A stretch of 60,535 nt of DNA, filler included, from Sanchytrium tribonematis (lineage: Eukaryota), in the NCBI GenBank assembly GCA_018985235.1. It is 8 parts of 8 records of this genome, joined end to end, with 100 filler letters (N's around TTAATTAATTAA, not from the genome) between each part and the next. Parts side by side here need not be neighbours in the genome. Positions count along the whole stretch, not along the records: positions 14,992 to 40,726 come from JADGIG010000065.1; 7 more parts are not named here. One strand, written 5' to 3'. The position numbers were made by a program, and so were the translations under genes. This document shows, one piece after another, positions 20,697 to 30,851 of the stretch (positions within the stretch are counted from its first letter, which is position 1; each line of letters starts with the position of its first letter). The notes under the pieces are model-generated. The model saw only the letters and a list, made by a program, of their open reading frames with translations. It made no database searches and was not told where the DNA came from.

Positions 20697-21596
20697 ATGA
20701 CATTTACGCCTGCGCAAATGGATATACTAACCATCATTTCCAAAGTTGTCTCCATACTCTCATTCATGGGTTCCGCAACACTCATATATAAGTTTTATAA
20801 TTTAAATGAAAGTGGAAAACGGTCATTGTATCATCGCATCATTTTATACATCAGTCTTGTAGATATAATAGGTAGCATAAATTTCTTTGTAGGTCCGTGG
20901 GCTTTTGGAAATGCGGCCGCATGCCAATTACAAGGGTTTATAGTGGAGATGTTTATAGCTATCCCCCTATGGAATATTGCACATGCAACTAATGTATTGG
21001 TTCGTGTGATTTACGGATGGCACGCAGAAAAAGCAAATGGACTTGAAATTTACTACCACGTATTTGCATGGAGTATTCCAACTATCGGCGGAATTATTGG
21101 ATTGGCCAGACAAGTGTATGAGCCAGTGAGTTCTTGGTGTTGGTATGGACCACAAAGTGTAGATTTAAGATTCGCAACATTCTACGCATGGGTGTTTTTA
21201 TCAATGATTATATCTGTTGGAGTAGCAATCAGTGTCACTGTTCATGTTAAAAAACTACAAGAAAATTCTTCCAAGTCTAAAGCTTACTTGGCTGGAAAAC
21301 GGCAAATCTTATACAGCGGAGCAATTTTAATTACTTTTGGACCATCGTCTTTGACTCGTTTAGTACAAGCTATTACAGGAATACAATTATTTGAGTTGAC
21401 TTGCTTCCAAGTTGCAACTCTGCCATTACAAGGATTTGTAAACTGTATAATCAATCACATTATGGACAAAACTGCTAAATCTGCTAGGTCAAGAAATAAG
21501 CATTCACTTCTGATAACAAGGAATTCTTATTTGGGTAGCAATTTATCAACAGTGTCCTTTGTTTCAAATAATAGTTCTTTTACAGAAACAGAGTAA
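20697..21596 (+). CDS. 7TM GPCR, cAMP-receptor-like (CAR/Git3-type)
   Basis: Seven hydrophobic segments; ACQLQGF, YHVFAW, WCW and PLQGFVN motifs. Confidence 0.82.
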   Translation: MTFTPAQMDILTIISKVVSILSFMGSATLIYKFYNLNESGKRSLYHRIILYISLVDIIGSINFFVGPWAFGNAAACQLQGFIVEMFIAIPLWNIAHATNVLVRVIYGWHAEKANGLEIYYHVFAWSIPTIGGIIGLARQVYEPVSSWCWYGPQSVDLRFATFYAWVFLSMIISVGVAISVTVHVKKLQENSSKSKAYLAGKRQILYSGAILITFGPSSLTRLVQAITGIQLFELTCFQVATLPLQGFVNCIINHIMDKTAKSARSRNKHSLLITRNSYLGSNLSTVSFVSNNSSFTETE

Positions 21597-21602
21597 ATTT
21601 AT

Positions 21603-22604
21603 TTATAATCTCAGTCTATCTAAAATTTGACGAAAAAAAGACCTGCTCTGTTGCTCGTTACAGCTCTCGCTATCGTCTTCTTCTGTTATTTCATCTATGC
21701 TATCTATACTGATTAAAGTAGATTGGGTACCAATCCAAGCAATTGCCTTCACTCTTTGATTTTCAGAAATCTCATTATCATCTATCTTGAATGCAGTGTA
21801 AGCTTTGTGTATGGATATTGTGATAAATATTCTTAAATCCAGACTAACAAGTTCATCGCTAGTTTGTTGGATATGAACTGGATGCACTGGAAATTCAAAT
21901 AATTTTTTCAATTTCTTACTTGCTGGCAAAGCATTCATGTTATACCTTAATAATACCGTATTGATGCCCACCTCCTTGCACTTTAACTGTAAATGGCACA
22001 AGAAAAATACGAGAAACTCATCGTTGTATTCCTTGTTCCATTCTAGACATTGCTCAAGAAACTGAATAAATGAACTTTGTTCAAAAACAGCCCAACCATT
22101 CATACATTCTCTTAAAAACATAGCAGCTGTTTCTGCATCCTCACCATATAATATAAAAACTGCAATTCTTAATCTTTCTTTTTCTGAAAAATTTCTAAAA
22201 TATAAATTCATCACTTTTCCAGTGAAATCGGGATTCCAGTCAAAAGAAAGACTGGTCAATAATTTTGATATATTTAATAAATTCCAACTTTCAGTGATAA
22301 ATTCAATCACTAACACAATATTCTTAAGTGGGTAATATCTGCACATCATTGCCAGATGAGGTCCAATTCGATCGCAAGCATTTTCATCCTTTATAAACTC
22401 AAGGAAATTAGAGTTAAATTGCTTGTCCATTTCCTTCAAGGTGGCTTCTATCTCTTCTTTTGTAGTAATCAAGGAACTAAAATTGTGTTGATCACAAGGA
22501 AGGTAAGGTGATGTGCATTTGACAGTTTGCTCAGTAAATGTCAATGGCTCCAAATTATAATGAACAGAAGTCAACAATGGTTGTTGCGAGGGGCCAATTC
22601 TCAT
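21603..22604 (-). CDS. Hypothetical protein
   Basis: 333-codon ORF from the first ATG at 22604. No motif recognised. Confidence 0.65.
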   Translation of the reverse strand: MRIGPSQQPLLTSVHYNLEPLTFTEQTVKCTSPYLPCDQHNFSSLITTKEEIEATLKEMDKQFNSNFLEFIKDENACDRIGPHLAMMCRYYPLKNIVLVIEFITESWNLLNISKLLTSLSFDWNPDFTGKVMNLYFRNFSEKERLRIAVFILYGEDAETAAMFLRECMNGWAVFEQSSFIQFLEQCLEWNKEYNDEFLVFFLCHLQLKCKEVGINTVLLRYNMNALPASKKLKKLFEFPVHPVHIQQTSDELVSLDLRIFITISIHKAYTAFKIDDNEISENQRVKAIAWIGTQSTLISIDSIDEITEEDDSESCNEQQSRSFFRQILDRLRL

Positions 22605-23479
22605 GATCAAAAGAAATGGGTAATTTTGCACAAGCGCGAAATTGTTTGAAAAGATTTATAATATGGACACTAAGATTATAAAATGGGATACTCAATGACA
22701 TCGTAGCCATTTTTGGGTCTATACCTATAATAAACGGATGCTCTTGGACCAATTCCATGTGACTTGGGCTTGAGTTCAAAAGAATTCAATAAAATGAGCA
22801 AATAATTGAGTTTCCATTCATCTAAGATAAAGCAGCTCTTTCTCTTGAATCCCTTACCCAATCTTCTGAAGAGAAATAAATACTTCCAGAACGCCATAGA
22901 AATAATAAAGATCTCTCACCATCATTTTCAACGCGTATATAATTGATAAATTCTGCATTTTCTTATTTACACTCATATCGATAAACTTAAGTACTGTTTT
23001 GATTGAGCTTCAGTGTAAAAAAAATTACCGATTCTCAAATTGAGGCTCAATTTCCCAAGTAAAAATCTTTTAAGTTCTGTGAAAGTTTGTAAAATTAGTC
23101 TGCTTTCAAAAAGCGCAAGTAATTGAGTTCTGACCTTGCATTGGACAACCAAAATACTTCTTGCATCACTCGATTTTAATTTTTATAAAACCTCTGTACT
23201 TTTGAGACGTACGTGAAGATATATCATGTCTTTTTAAAATCAAATAATGACTCATGAGACAATCAAAAAATTTATCAACATGATTTTTATACCTGAAAAT
23301 AATTATCAGCATTTAACAATGCCAAAATTGTCCTTGCTAATCCAGAAGATCACAGTTTCTATCAATGTTCAAAACCATCCAGGATTTATAACATGAATTT
23401 GACTTTACACGTAAAATTTAAAACACTCTCCCGTTTGATATACAGTTGAATATTTATTGGATCTCAAAAAAAATGTGAA

Positions 23480-24553
23480 TCAGTAAAAAAATAAAAACAT
23501 CGCATCTGGCAAGGTGTGAGGGAGACGAGCAGCTACAATAGGATCCAACTTATTTCGTAAACCCTCGTAAAATAGTGATGGATTGATATCTTCACCTGGT
23601 AGTCCGTATTTTCTAGAGGAATCAGGAATAACGAGATTGATGTCTTGTCTAGATGGCAAATCAGGGTATGTTATAGGTGCTTTTGCTGCTAATTGGTCTT
23701 GATTTGTTAAAATTGGACTGCTTGGATTTGATACCATGGACGGATTCAATGACAATGATGCCGAAGAGTCTATTGAGGTAGCCATTTTGGTCCAATCACC
23801 ACCATCGCTGCCTTCTTGGGTGTCAATTTCAACATTTGATGAATTGTGCGATGAAATCTCTTGTGAATTCGTCAATTGTGGTGTAGTTGGAATCAGACCA
23901 GGTAGATTCACAACCGGGTGTACGGGCTGCGGATTCAAAATAACAGAATCATTGAAAGTCGATAATGCTGGTGAAATAGCTGAAGTTAATGGAACGGGAT
24001 TTCCGAAAGAATCAACCGACTCATCAGATTTGCTTCCCTTGAGTGGAAGTGATGTAGTCACAATCGGCTTACTTGCAGTCACTAGATTCGATGAAGGACT
24101 AGTTGAATCATCGCTATTTGTAGAAATAGGTTCAATCTTCGTATTATCAATTGATTTGACAGGTTTTTCTAAAAATGGTTCAGAGCGTTTTAAGTCTATG
24201 GGCTGATCTGCTAAATTGCCACCTTGCATCAAGTTAGCTGGCTTTGTGGTGGATTCTTTTCTTTGAGAAGTGCCCATTGATATTGCTTTTGTGACATCAA
24301 AATGAGAAGTGGTTACATTTGTAATTTTTTGGGTATCGTCAGAATGACCTTTGGAGGGTAATATCATACTTTCATTATCATCTGAGTTTGTTGCATTTGA
24401 CACAATTGGTTGAGTCAAATTAAGAGCATTTTCAGACTGCGACATATTTTTGCTGCTTAATGTTACATTTTCCTTGATCAATTTTCTTTCTAATAGAGCG
24501 TCTAATATTGTGAAATTTGATGCCTGAGCTAATATACAAAAACAATTGAACAT
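23480..24553 (-). CDS. Ser/Thr/Pro-rich putative secreted protein
   Basis: Leader MFNCFCILAQA. Low-complexity body with many N-x-S/T sites. Confidence 0.7.
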   Translation of the reverse strand: MFNCFCILAQASNFTILDALLERKLIKENVTLSSKNMSQSENALNLTQPIVSNATNSDDNESMILPSKGHSDDTQKITNVTTSHFDVTKAISMGTSQRKESTTKPANLMQGGNLADQPIDLKRSEPFLEKPVKSIDNTKIEPISTNSDDSTSPSSNLVTASKPIVTTSLPLKGSKSDESVDSFGNPVPLTSAISPALSTFNDSVILNPQPVHPVVNLPGLIPTTPQLTNSQEISSHNSSNVEIDTQEGSDGGDWTKMATSIDSSASLSLNPSMVSNPSSPILTNQDQLAAKAPITYPDLPSRQDINLVIPDSSRKYGLPGEDINPSLFYEGLRNKLDPIVAARLPHTLPDAMFLFFY

Positions 24554-24718
24554 CTTATGTATCTAGTCCTAATGGAACTTAAATTGTAGTAATGCAGTTC
24601 TGATTGGGAAGATCTCAATCAATGGTCTTGCAAAAGCCTTGCGAAAAGGTTTCCGCCTTGAATAAGATTGCTGCAATAAATTAAAAAATTTGTTTACTTA
24701 AAATCTTACCGAATCTGA

Positions 24719-25588
24719 TCAAGACATTTCAACCAGATTCAAAAAATCATTGCATCGTTCCAATTTCATATTCCATAGCAATTCTAAGGATTCATTAAGC
24801 TGTGCTTCAGTCCAAATATCCTGTACTCGCATGTAAAGACAGATTTTGTAAATCCATGCATATAATTTGTCAATCATGGCTTCTTGGACAGTTCCAAAAT
24901 GCAAAAGCTGAATAAATGAACTTCTCATTCCATCAGCAATACTAACCCATTTGATCATTTCCTTGTATTTTTCTTGATTGACACTAATTAGATACTGGAG
25001 TGGATCAATAAAGAGTAAATCTTTTGGATCAAACATCTTTTTACAACCATCTCTCAAGTTTTCAAATAGGCGATTCATGGATTGTTTTGTTAATCTAAAG
25101 TTGTTGGTTTTAGAACATATCTTCACTAAATCTAGGGTATATAATGTGGGACAGAATTTGTCATCAGGAAATCGAACACGGACTGGATTAAACCTTAAAA
25201 CAATTAAACAAGTTTCTAACCATTTTAATGTGTTAATCATATCAGCAGAAACTAGAGACAACCATGGTGATTTCAAAGTGATCATCTTGTATATGTTATC
25301 AACCTCAATTTCACTTTTCAATAAAAGCAATTGGACCAAAGGTTCATTATTAATTTTCAACCATTTTCTAATGGCATATTTAATATCAGATCCATTTAGT
25401 TCTAGTCTATACAATTTTGATGTCAATTTTAAAATTGCCCAAATACATCTTTCTTGGAAAATATCGAATTCCGGTATTTGCTTAAAATTTTTGAATTGTA
25501 AACTGGCTTGAAACAGTTTATGGTCTTTTTCATTAATTCCCCAAATTGTTTTGCTAGAGTATAGCGGACAGTAAAAACTAGTCATCAT
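24719..25588 (-). CDS. Hypothetical protein
   Basis: 289-aa ORF that fills the space between neighbouring genes. No motif recognised. Confidence 0.6.
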   Translation of the reverse strand: MMTSFYCPLYSSKTIWGINEKDHKLFQASLQFKNFKQIPEFDIFQERCIWAILKLTSKLYRLELNGSDIKYAIRKWLKINNEPLVQLLLLKSEIEVDNIYKMITLKSPWLSLVSADMINTLKWLETCLIVLRFNPVRVRFPDDKFCPTLYTLDLVKICSKTNNFRLTKQSMNRLFENLRDGCKKMFDPKDLLFIDPLQYLISVNQEKYKEMIKWVSIADGMRSSFIQLLHFGTVQEAMIDKLYAWIYKICLYMRVQDIWTEAQLNESLELLWNMKLERCNDFLNLVEMS

Positions 25589-25760
25589 TAAAAAAATTGT
25601 TGCTTTGGGTTTATATCGTTTTCACAACGAATAGAACTCGAGCCGTCTGTCGCTTTTTCAAAATTAGCAAATCCGCAGTCAGACGGCAACGTCTTTAAGC
25701 TGACACCGAGATTGCTTACTTAAATAATTGGGCTAGAATTTTGTCATTGTGACAAAGGAG

Positions 25761-26135
25761 ATGGCGAGACTGAATTTAGTAGGCACAATTATAAAAAAAT
25801 CTTCTCCGAAAACTGTTAAAGTTAGAGTAGAACGGGACTACCTGGTTCCGCTTATAAACAAAACAATAATGAAGCCTAAAAATTATCTTTGCCATGATGA
25901 GTTGGATACTGCTCAAGTTGGAGATATTATTCGTATGGAACAGATTCCCAAGATATCTTTTCGAAAATACTTTAATTTGGCGGAAATCATTTTGCCCTCT
26001 CTCAAAGTAATGACTGAAAATGGATATAAGAGTGTTGTGAATGGATTCGAAATTGGACTAAAGCGGTATGACAAGAGAAATACTAGTGGATATAATCCTT
26101 TTATAAAATTGGAAAATAAAAATAAAAAGAAATGA
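25761..26135 (+). CDS. MRPS17: Mitochondrial ribosomal protein uS17m
   Basis: LVGTII...KTVKVRV...KNYLCHDE...VGDIIRMEQIPKISFRKYF, the S17 fold, with a C-terminal extension. Confidence 0.85.
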   Translation: MARLNLVGTIIKKSSPKTVKVRVERDYLVPLINKTIMKPKNYLCHDELDTAQVGDIIRMEQIPKISFRKYFNLAEIILPSLKVMTENGYKSVVNGFEIGLKRYDKRNTSGYNPFIKLENKNKKK

Positions 26136-26140
26136 ATTTA

Positions 26141-27562
26141 CTAAAAGTTTAACATCAAAATCCATAATGATAAGCCGTACATAGAAGCAGCCGAGTTCAT
26201 GTAGTCAGAAGGCTTTTTATAGTCTGAATTGGCAGGTGGAGATTGTACAGGTGTAGGAATCTGTTGAATGACATCGGATACCTTTTTTGCAACAATGGCT
26301 CCATTAGATGCAGCTGATAAATCTAATTTTCTAGCGTTAGCCTCCTCCGTGATTGCTTTATATTTTGCTGGGTCAAGGCCTAATTTTTCAATTTTATCAG
26401 GACTTGGGTTATTGTCTAAAGCCAAAAACCCATTTTTGTAAAAGTCCACAATTTTTTCTTTACACTTGTCCTTTTGATCAGGAGTCAATTCTACAGCTTT
26501 GTTGATTATGCTTTGCATTTGAGAATAATGTTGTGCAAGTTCATCGTTAAACGCCTTAACATCTTCATTTGAATACTTAGTGACATTAGGCGCAGTATAA
26601 GTCATTTCAGTCTCCGTTGAAGTTGCTAGAGCTGTAGCCTCCGCAGTCGGAGTGCTGGTTTGTGTAGCATTAGCTGTAGTAGTTGCGTTTGAAGTCTGGG
26701 TAGAATTCATACCATCTCGTTTAAATAATTTTTGGCTGGAATAACTCTTTCCCCATCGTTGATATTGAACGCAAATATTTTTCATTGCAAAGACATCACT
26801 ATGTTTGTAAGTATGTCCATTGATGACAAATGAACTAGATGCTCCAGAAAATCCACTCATAGAATTGTAATTTTGTTGCATATATTGCCAAGTGTTTAGC
26901 AATAAATCTACAAATCCATGATGACCAAAAAATAATGGATCAATTGGAGAAAAATGTTCGTTCATCTCTCCTCCAAATCTGATGTGAACATTGGCATGCA
27001 CTCCATATTGAATGGCATCACTAAAATCTGAATATTTTGGAGTCCAGTACATAATTGAATCCAAATCTGCCCAAGAAGATCCCAATACAGAGGTGTCAGT
27101 TTCTCTCCATAAGCAAGTATGTTGAGAACCCAAAGTTGAAGAAAGGCTGTATGAGTTAGCAAAAATACGGCCTGCTAAACATTGCCCATTTTGCTGAGCA
27201 TAAAAATATGGATGATTTGCAACTGAGTTATCAACAGCACCTTGAAATTGTTCTGCATCATAAGCCCAGTCAATATAAGGAAGAGTCAAATCTTGACCGC
27301 CAATTGCTCGAATTTCATTTTCAAATTCCCATTGAAAGGCCCTATGCCACGTATAAAACACAAGATTGTTATGGATTTTGGAGAACATATCTGCATGTAG
27401 CTTCGCATAGTAAGTCATTCTACCGTTCAATTTCATTTTGTGATATGCATCAACAATTCTGTCCCAGGTACCATCCCAATAGTGTTGACGAAAGTCTTTT
27501 CTGACTCTTGGGTTAGGACAATTTACAGCGAATTGTGCAGATACAATCAAAGAAAGCAACAT
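26141..27562 (-). CDS. Secreted tyrosinase-like di-copper protein, possibly GPI-anchored
   Basis: CuA H...H...FYTWHR and CuB HANVH...SPIDPLFFGHH. Leader MLLSLIVSA, Thr-rich linker, hydrophobic C-terminus. Confidence 0.9.
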   Translation of the reverse strand: MLLSLIVSAQFAVNCPNPRVRKDFRQHYWDGTWDRIVDAYHKMKLNGRMTYYAKLHADMFSKIHNNLVFYTWHRAFQWEFENEIRAIGGQDLTLPYIDWAYDAEQFQGAVDNSVANHPYFYAQQNGQCLAGRIFANSYSLSSTLGSQHTCLWRETDTSVLGSSWADLDSIMYWTPKYSDFSDAIQYGVHANVHIRFGGEMNEHFSPIDPLFFGHHGFVDLLLNTWQYMQQNYNSMSGFSGASSSFVINGHTYKHSDVFAMKNICVQYQRWGKSYSSQKLFKRDGMNSTQTSNATTTANATQTSTPTAEATALATSTETEMTYTAPNVTKYSNEDVKAFNDELAQHYSQMQSIINKAVELTPDQKDKCKEKIVDFYKNGFLALDNNPSPDKIEKLGLDPAKYKAITEEANARKLDLSAASNGAIVAKKVSDVIQQIPTPVQSPPANSDYKKPSDYMNSAASMYGLSLWILMLNF

Positions 27563-27776
27563 ACTGAATGTACTTGAAAAGCCAGAAGGTAAACTTTAAA
27601 ATACCTCAAATCTAGGCTATGATTGGTGGCAAATCAATATTTATCTGTCTTAGTGTTTGCTTAACTTGGCCAAAGTGGTTTGGTACCAATTAGACTGGTT
27701 ATTGGCTTGCAGCCATCTTGGGGGTTTTTGTGTGGCTCTTTGCAAGAAATTTATCCATTTTGAAAACATAGGGGTC

Positions 27777-28511
27777 ATGTTGTCAAGAAGTTTGTTTGCC
27801 AGAAATCGAATAGACCAAAATTACAGCAAATTAGTTTGGAGTAGGAAAAAAGACATAGATCCTAAAGAAAATAGAATGAAATCTGATATATCAGTTTTGA
27901 ATTTTGTACCTAGTCAATTTGCTTCTGATTTTTTGGTTGAAGGTTCACTAGTCAAAAGTTACTTGATTAAAAGGGAATTAGAATTTCCGAAATTAAAACG
28001 ATTTCATAAAGCCTTTGTTCCTCCAACTGGTCATTTGAAATTTGAATGTACAACAAATTTATTTGATATGACTCATGGAGAAAATCAGAGATGCATTTTA
28101 CGATTTGAAGTAAAAAGAGTAACGAAAGATGAAAAATTGCAAAAAATCGTTCAAGTTCTAGCCCATTGTAGATTATTATACAAAGGCGGCAAATTTGACA
28201 CCATCAAAATAGTGGGAACACGATTTCCATATTATAAACAGAACATGAGATGGTGCGTTGATAAATATCATGAGTTGATACAGACTGCCAAGGATATATT
28301 AAATTCAAACGATTGTGATGCATTTTTGGAGACTTCATTGGTAGCCGACCCTAAAATTATGTTTAGAGAACAAAAGGCAAACGCTAAATTGTTTCCGGAA
28401 TCTTGGCTGATTCCTTTGGAGAGTTCAATGAAGGAAAGTCTTGGAAAAACAAATGATCAAGCAGAAGATCAGGCAAAAAAGTCGATAGACGATAAAAATA
28501 ATAACTCTTAG
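27777..28511 (+). CDS. RSM24: Mitochondrial ribosomal protein mS35 (Rsm24/MRP-S28 family)
   Basis: Mitochondrial-presequence-like MLSRSLFARN. PKL..F..PP, LKF..TT, H..N, IKI...RFP...QN..W pattern. Confidence 0.65.
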   Translation: MLSRSLFARNRIDQNYSKLVWSRKKDIDPKENRMKSDISVLNFVPSQFASDFLVEGSLVKSYLIKRELEFPKLKRFHKAFVPPTGHLKFECTTNLFDMTHGENQRCILRFEVKRVTKDEKLQKIVQVLAHCRLLYKGGKFDTIKIVGTRFPYYKQNMRWCVDKYHELIQTAKDILNSNDCDAFLETSLVADPKIMFREQKANAKLFPESWLIPLESSMKESLGKTNDQAEDQAKKSIDDKNNNS

Positions 28512-28686
28512 TCATCTGGGGGCGCGTGTTCAATAAAGTGACTCTCTTTCCCGCTGCTATTTTTTTTTAAATCTATTCTTAAATATCCAATAATCTGGAT
28601 TGTAATACCAGATTAAGGATTAATAATTCTTACGTACAAAGTAATTTTTCTCAAAGAACGGAGGTATATTTTATATTTTATTGTTT

Positions 28687-29127
28687 TCACTTAAAAATGT
28701 CTAGCTGAATTTTAGAAGAGTAATTTGTATAAATACAATTAGTAGCAGAAAATGCTGGGTGTATTCCTAAATCTGTTTTTGTTCCTATCAATTTCATCTC
28801 TTTAATTTCACATTTATGACTATGAAGCCAATCCATGTATTTTAGGCTTTTTCCCAATGAAGATGGTTCTGAAGCATCAAATATTACATAAAGAATATCG
28901 ATGCATGACAAATGTGTCTCGAGGAATGGCTCGGCAATTCTTTTGTATGATAGATTGTTCTCAAAACCTGCGATTTCCCAAAATTCTATCCATTTTGGGC
29001 CCTTTTTAAACCTCCCAAAGTCGATTCCAACAGTCGCATAAGATTCACTTTGTAATTGATTGAAATAATTTCTAATAAATGTAGATTTCCCACATTTATT
29101 TTCTCCGACAAGCAAAAATATTGACAT
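28687..29127 (-). CDS. Small Rab-like GTPase (divergent)
   Basis: P-loop GENKCGKS, TVGIDF, WEIAG, GTKTD. No CAAX tail. Confidence 0.8.
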   Translation of the reverse strand: MSIFLLVGENKCGKSTFIRNYFNQLQSESYATVGIDFGRFKKGPKWIEFWEIAGFENNLSYKRIAEPFLETHLSCIDILYVIFDASEPSSLGKSLKYMDWLHSHKCEIKEMKLIGTKTDLGIHPAFSATNCIYTNYSSKIQLDIFK

Positions 29128-29135
29128 TAAATTTT

Positions 29136-29843
29136 TTAAAAAAACCACCTGGTTCCATCAAAAATATCTGGGTGCTCAATCTTTAGATTGATGACGGGTT
29201 GCTGGATGTTTTCGAATTCAGATAACTTTAAAAGCAGATCGGCGTATTTTGGAAGTTCGTCATCATTTCCACCAAAATAAGGCTTAATTTTCAACGCATT
29301 TTTACGACAGGTTAAAAAATAATTTGGGTTGTCATCAAGCAACAATGAAGTTCTTAAATTAACACCAAATCTATTCAGATCCTTAAATACTGGTGGTTTC
29401 ACTTTGTGTATTCCTAATGGTTTTCCAGGAAGTGTAAATGATCGATCTAATGTTCTATAAAATTCTTGGCCTAAATAATCTAGGATACGATTCATTCTTT
29501 TCGGACCCGATGCAGTGAATAAAATCACCGTGTATTTTGTTTGTATCTGAATTAGAAAATCCTTCAAATGAGGACGAATCTGAATTTTTTCATTGTTTAT
29601 ATCAGTGCCAGTGGTTGAGTGATAAAACCAGTTTGTGCTTCTAGCCACAATTGTCTCATCGAGGTCCAAAAAGAGCAGGTGGCAATCCTTTGGTAGTGAT
29701 AAATCTAATTCATTAAAATGTAATGGTGATTGTACAGAGGCAAACCAATCTGTTCGTGGAGGCAAATCATTTGGCTTCGTCTTCAAATGCATGCTTTGTG
29801 GAAATGGTCTGATTCTAAAAAGGTACTTTGCAACTGAATTCAT
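29136..29843 (-). CDS. FCP1/SCP-family (NIF) HAD phosphatase
   Basis: LDLDETIV, IRPHLKDFL, LFTAS, KDL..., LLDDNP, DDEL motifs. Confidence 0.88.
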   Translation of the reverse strand: MNSVAKYLFRIRPFPQSMHLKTKPNDLPPRTDWFASVQSPLHFNELDLSLPKDCHLLFLDLDETIVARSTNWFYHSTTGTDINNEKIQIRPHLKDFLIQIQTKYTVILFTASGPKRMNRILDYLGQEFYRTLDRSFTLPGKPLGIHKVKPPVFKDLNRFGVNLRTSLLLDDNPNYFLTCRKNALKIKPYFGGNDDELPKYADLLLKLSEFENIQQPVINLKIEHPDIFDGTRWFF

Positions 29844-29896
29844 CTTAAGAAATGTTTCAAAATGAGGCCAAAATTTTATTGGATTGTAAAAACCAG

Positions 29897-30838
29897 CTAG
29901 TCTATTTGCCTGGCATTTATGTTTATCCTCATCTGATGATCTTTCAGATATTTAAAAACTTGAGGAAACAATGGTTCATCAATTAATGGCTTCGATAAAA
30001 AATCAAAATTGGTTTCTATTATTCTAGGAACGCCGTGATAACCATATCTACATTTGCTGTACATAAGTAAAATATCTCCTGAATTTAATTTGATGGGAAC
30101 TGGTTTATCATCACGAGAAGCGGTTCCCATCAGTAGAACACAAGAAGTACCCAAACTGATGGAGGCAAGTGGTATATTCATATTTGTTTCAGAATGATCA
30201 ACGTGCGCCATCATTCGATCCTTAAACTTATAATAATTGATCACTCCCGCTTCAAGTTTCATTTTGTCATACTTTGTATATTTGCTAGTCTGACTCATGA
30301 CTTTTTGTACTATATTGTTAATTATATTTGGCACTTCAAAAGATTCTTTTTTATATTCTCTATTGACCCAGTCAAATTCACGTCCGATGATAGTCCATCG
30401 CAATTTCTTCAAGAGTGTGTGAGCTTCCACGGCGGTGATATTTTTCCTGGCATACGGCCTGTTAGTAACTGGACAAATGCCATCAAATTGCCGCTCGTTA
30501 ATAAGTGTTTCGTCTTTCAATAAATATGATTGAAATAAATCCATTTCACTAATCTCATAATCTTTTTGCAAGACGTTAGGAAATCGCTGTGGATATTCTG
30601 CAATTGAGTTGAAGATTAAAGTTTGCTGCTCTTCGATAGAAAGTGCGTCTCGAATGACTAAGCAGCCAGGAAGTGGCGTGTTGAGAATTTGCAATTCGCA
30701 GTTTTTAATTTTGCTAGTAATGCAGCAATTTAATTTTATAAATTCTCTAGTTTTTACCAGATCAGGCACATTAATCATTTTAGTGTGTTGATAGAACTTT
30801 TCTTCCTTTCTGAAAGCAGTCACATTTTCTTGTTTCAT
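29897..30838 (-). CDS. ALKBH1: Fe(II)/2OG dioxygenase ALKBH1-like
   Basis: KLRW..G..FDW, EAGVINYY, AHVDHSE, SISLG, YHGVPRI, RININARQ. Confidence 0.88.
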   Translation of the reverse strand: MKQENVTAFRKEEKFYQHTKMINVPDLVKTREFIKLNCCITSKIKNCELQILNTPLPGCLVIRDALSIEEQQTLIFNSIAEYPQRFPNVLQKDYEISEMDLFQSYLLKDETLINERQFDGICPVTNRPYARKNITAVEAHTLLKKLRWTIIGREFDWVNREYKKESFEVPNIINNIVQKVMSQTSKYTKYDKMKLEAGVINYYKFKDRMMAHVDHSETNMNIPLASISLGTSCVLLMGTASRDDKPVPIKLNSGDILLMYSKCRYGYHGVPRIIETNFDFLSKPLIDEPLFPQVFKYLKDHQMRININARQID

Positions 30839-30851
30839 CCTCAAAATATTT

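Noticed and set aside
22640..23470. Gene in the 0.8-kb gap (short ORFs 22555-22779 and 22676-22897)
   Set aside because: No motif, frequent stops, and no 19-nt intron found that joins the fragments.
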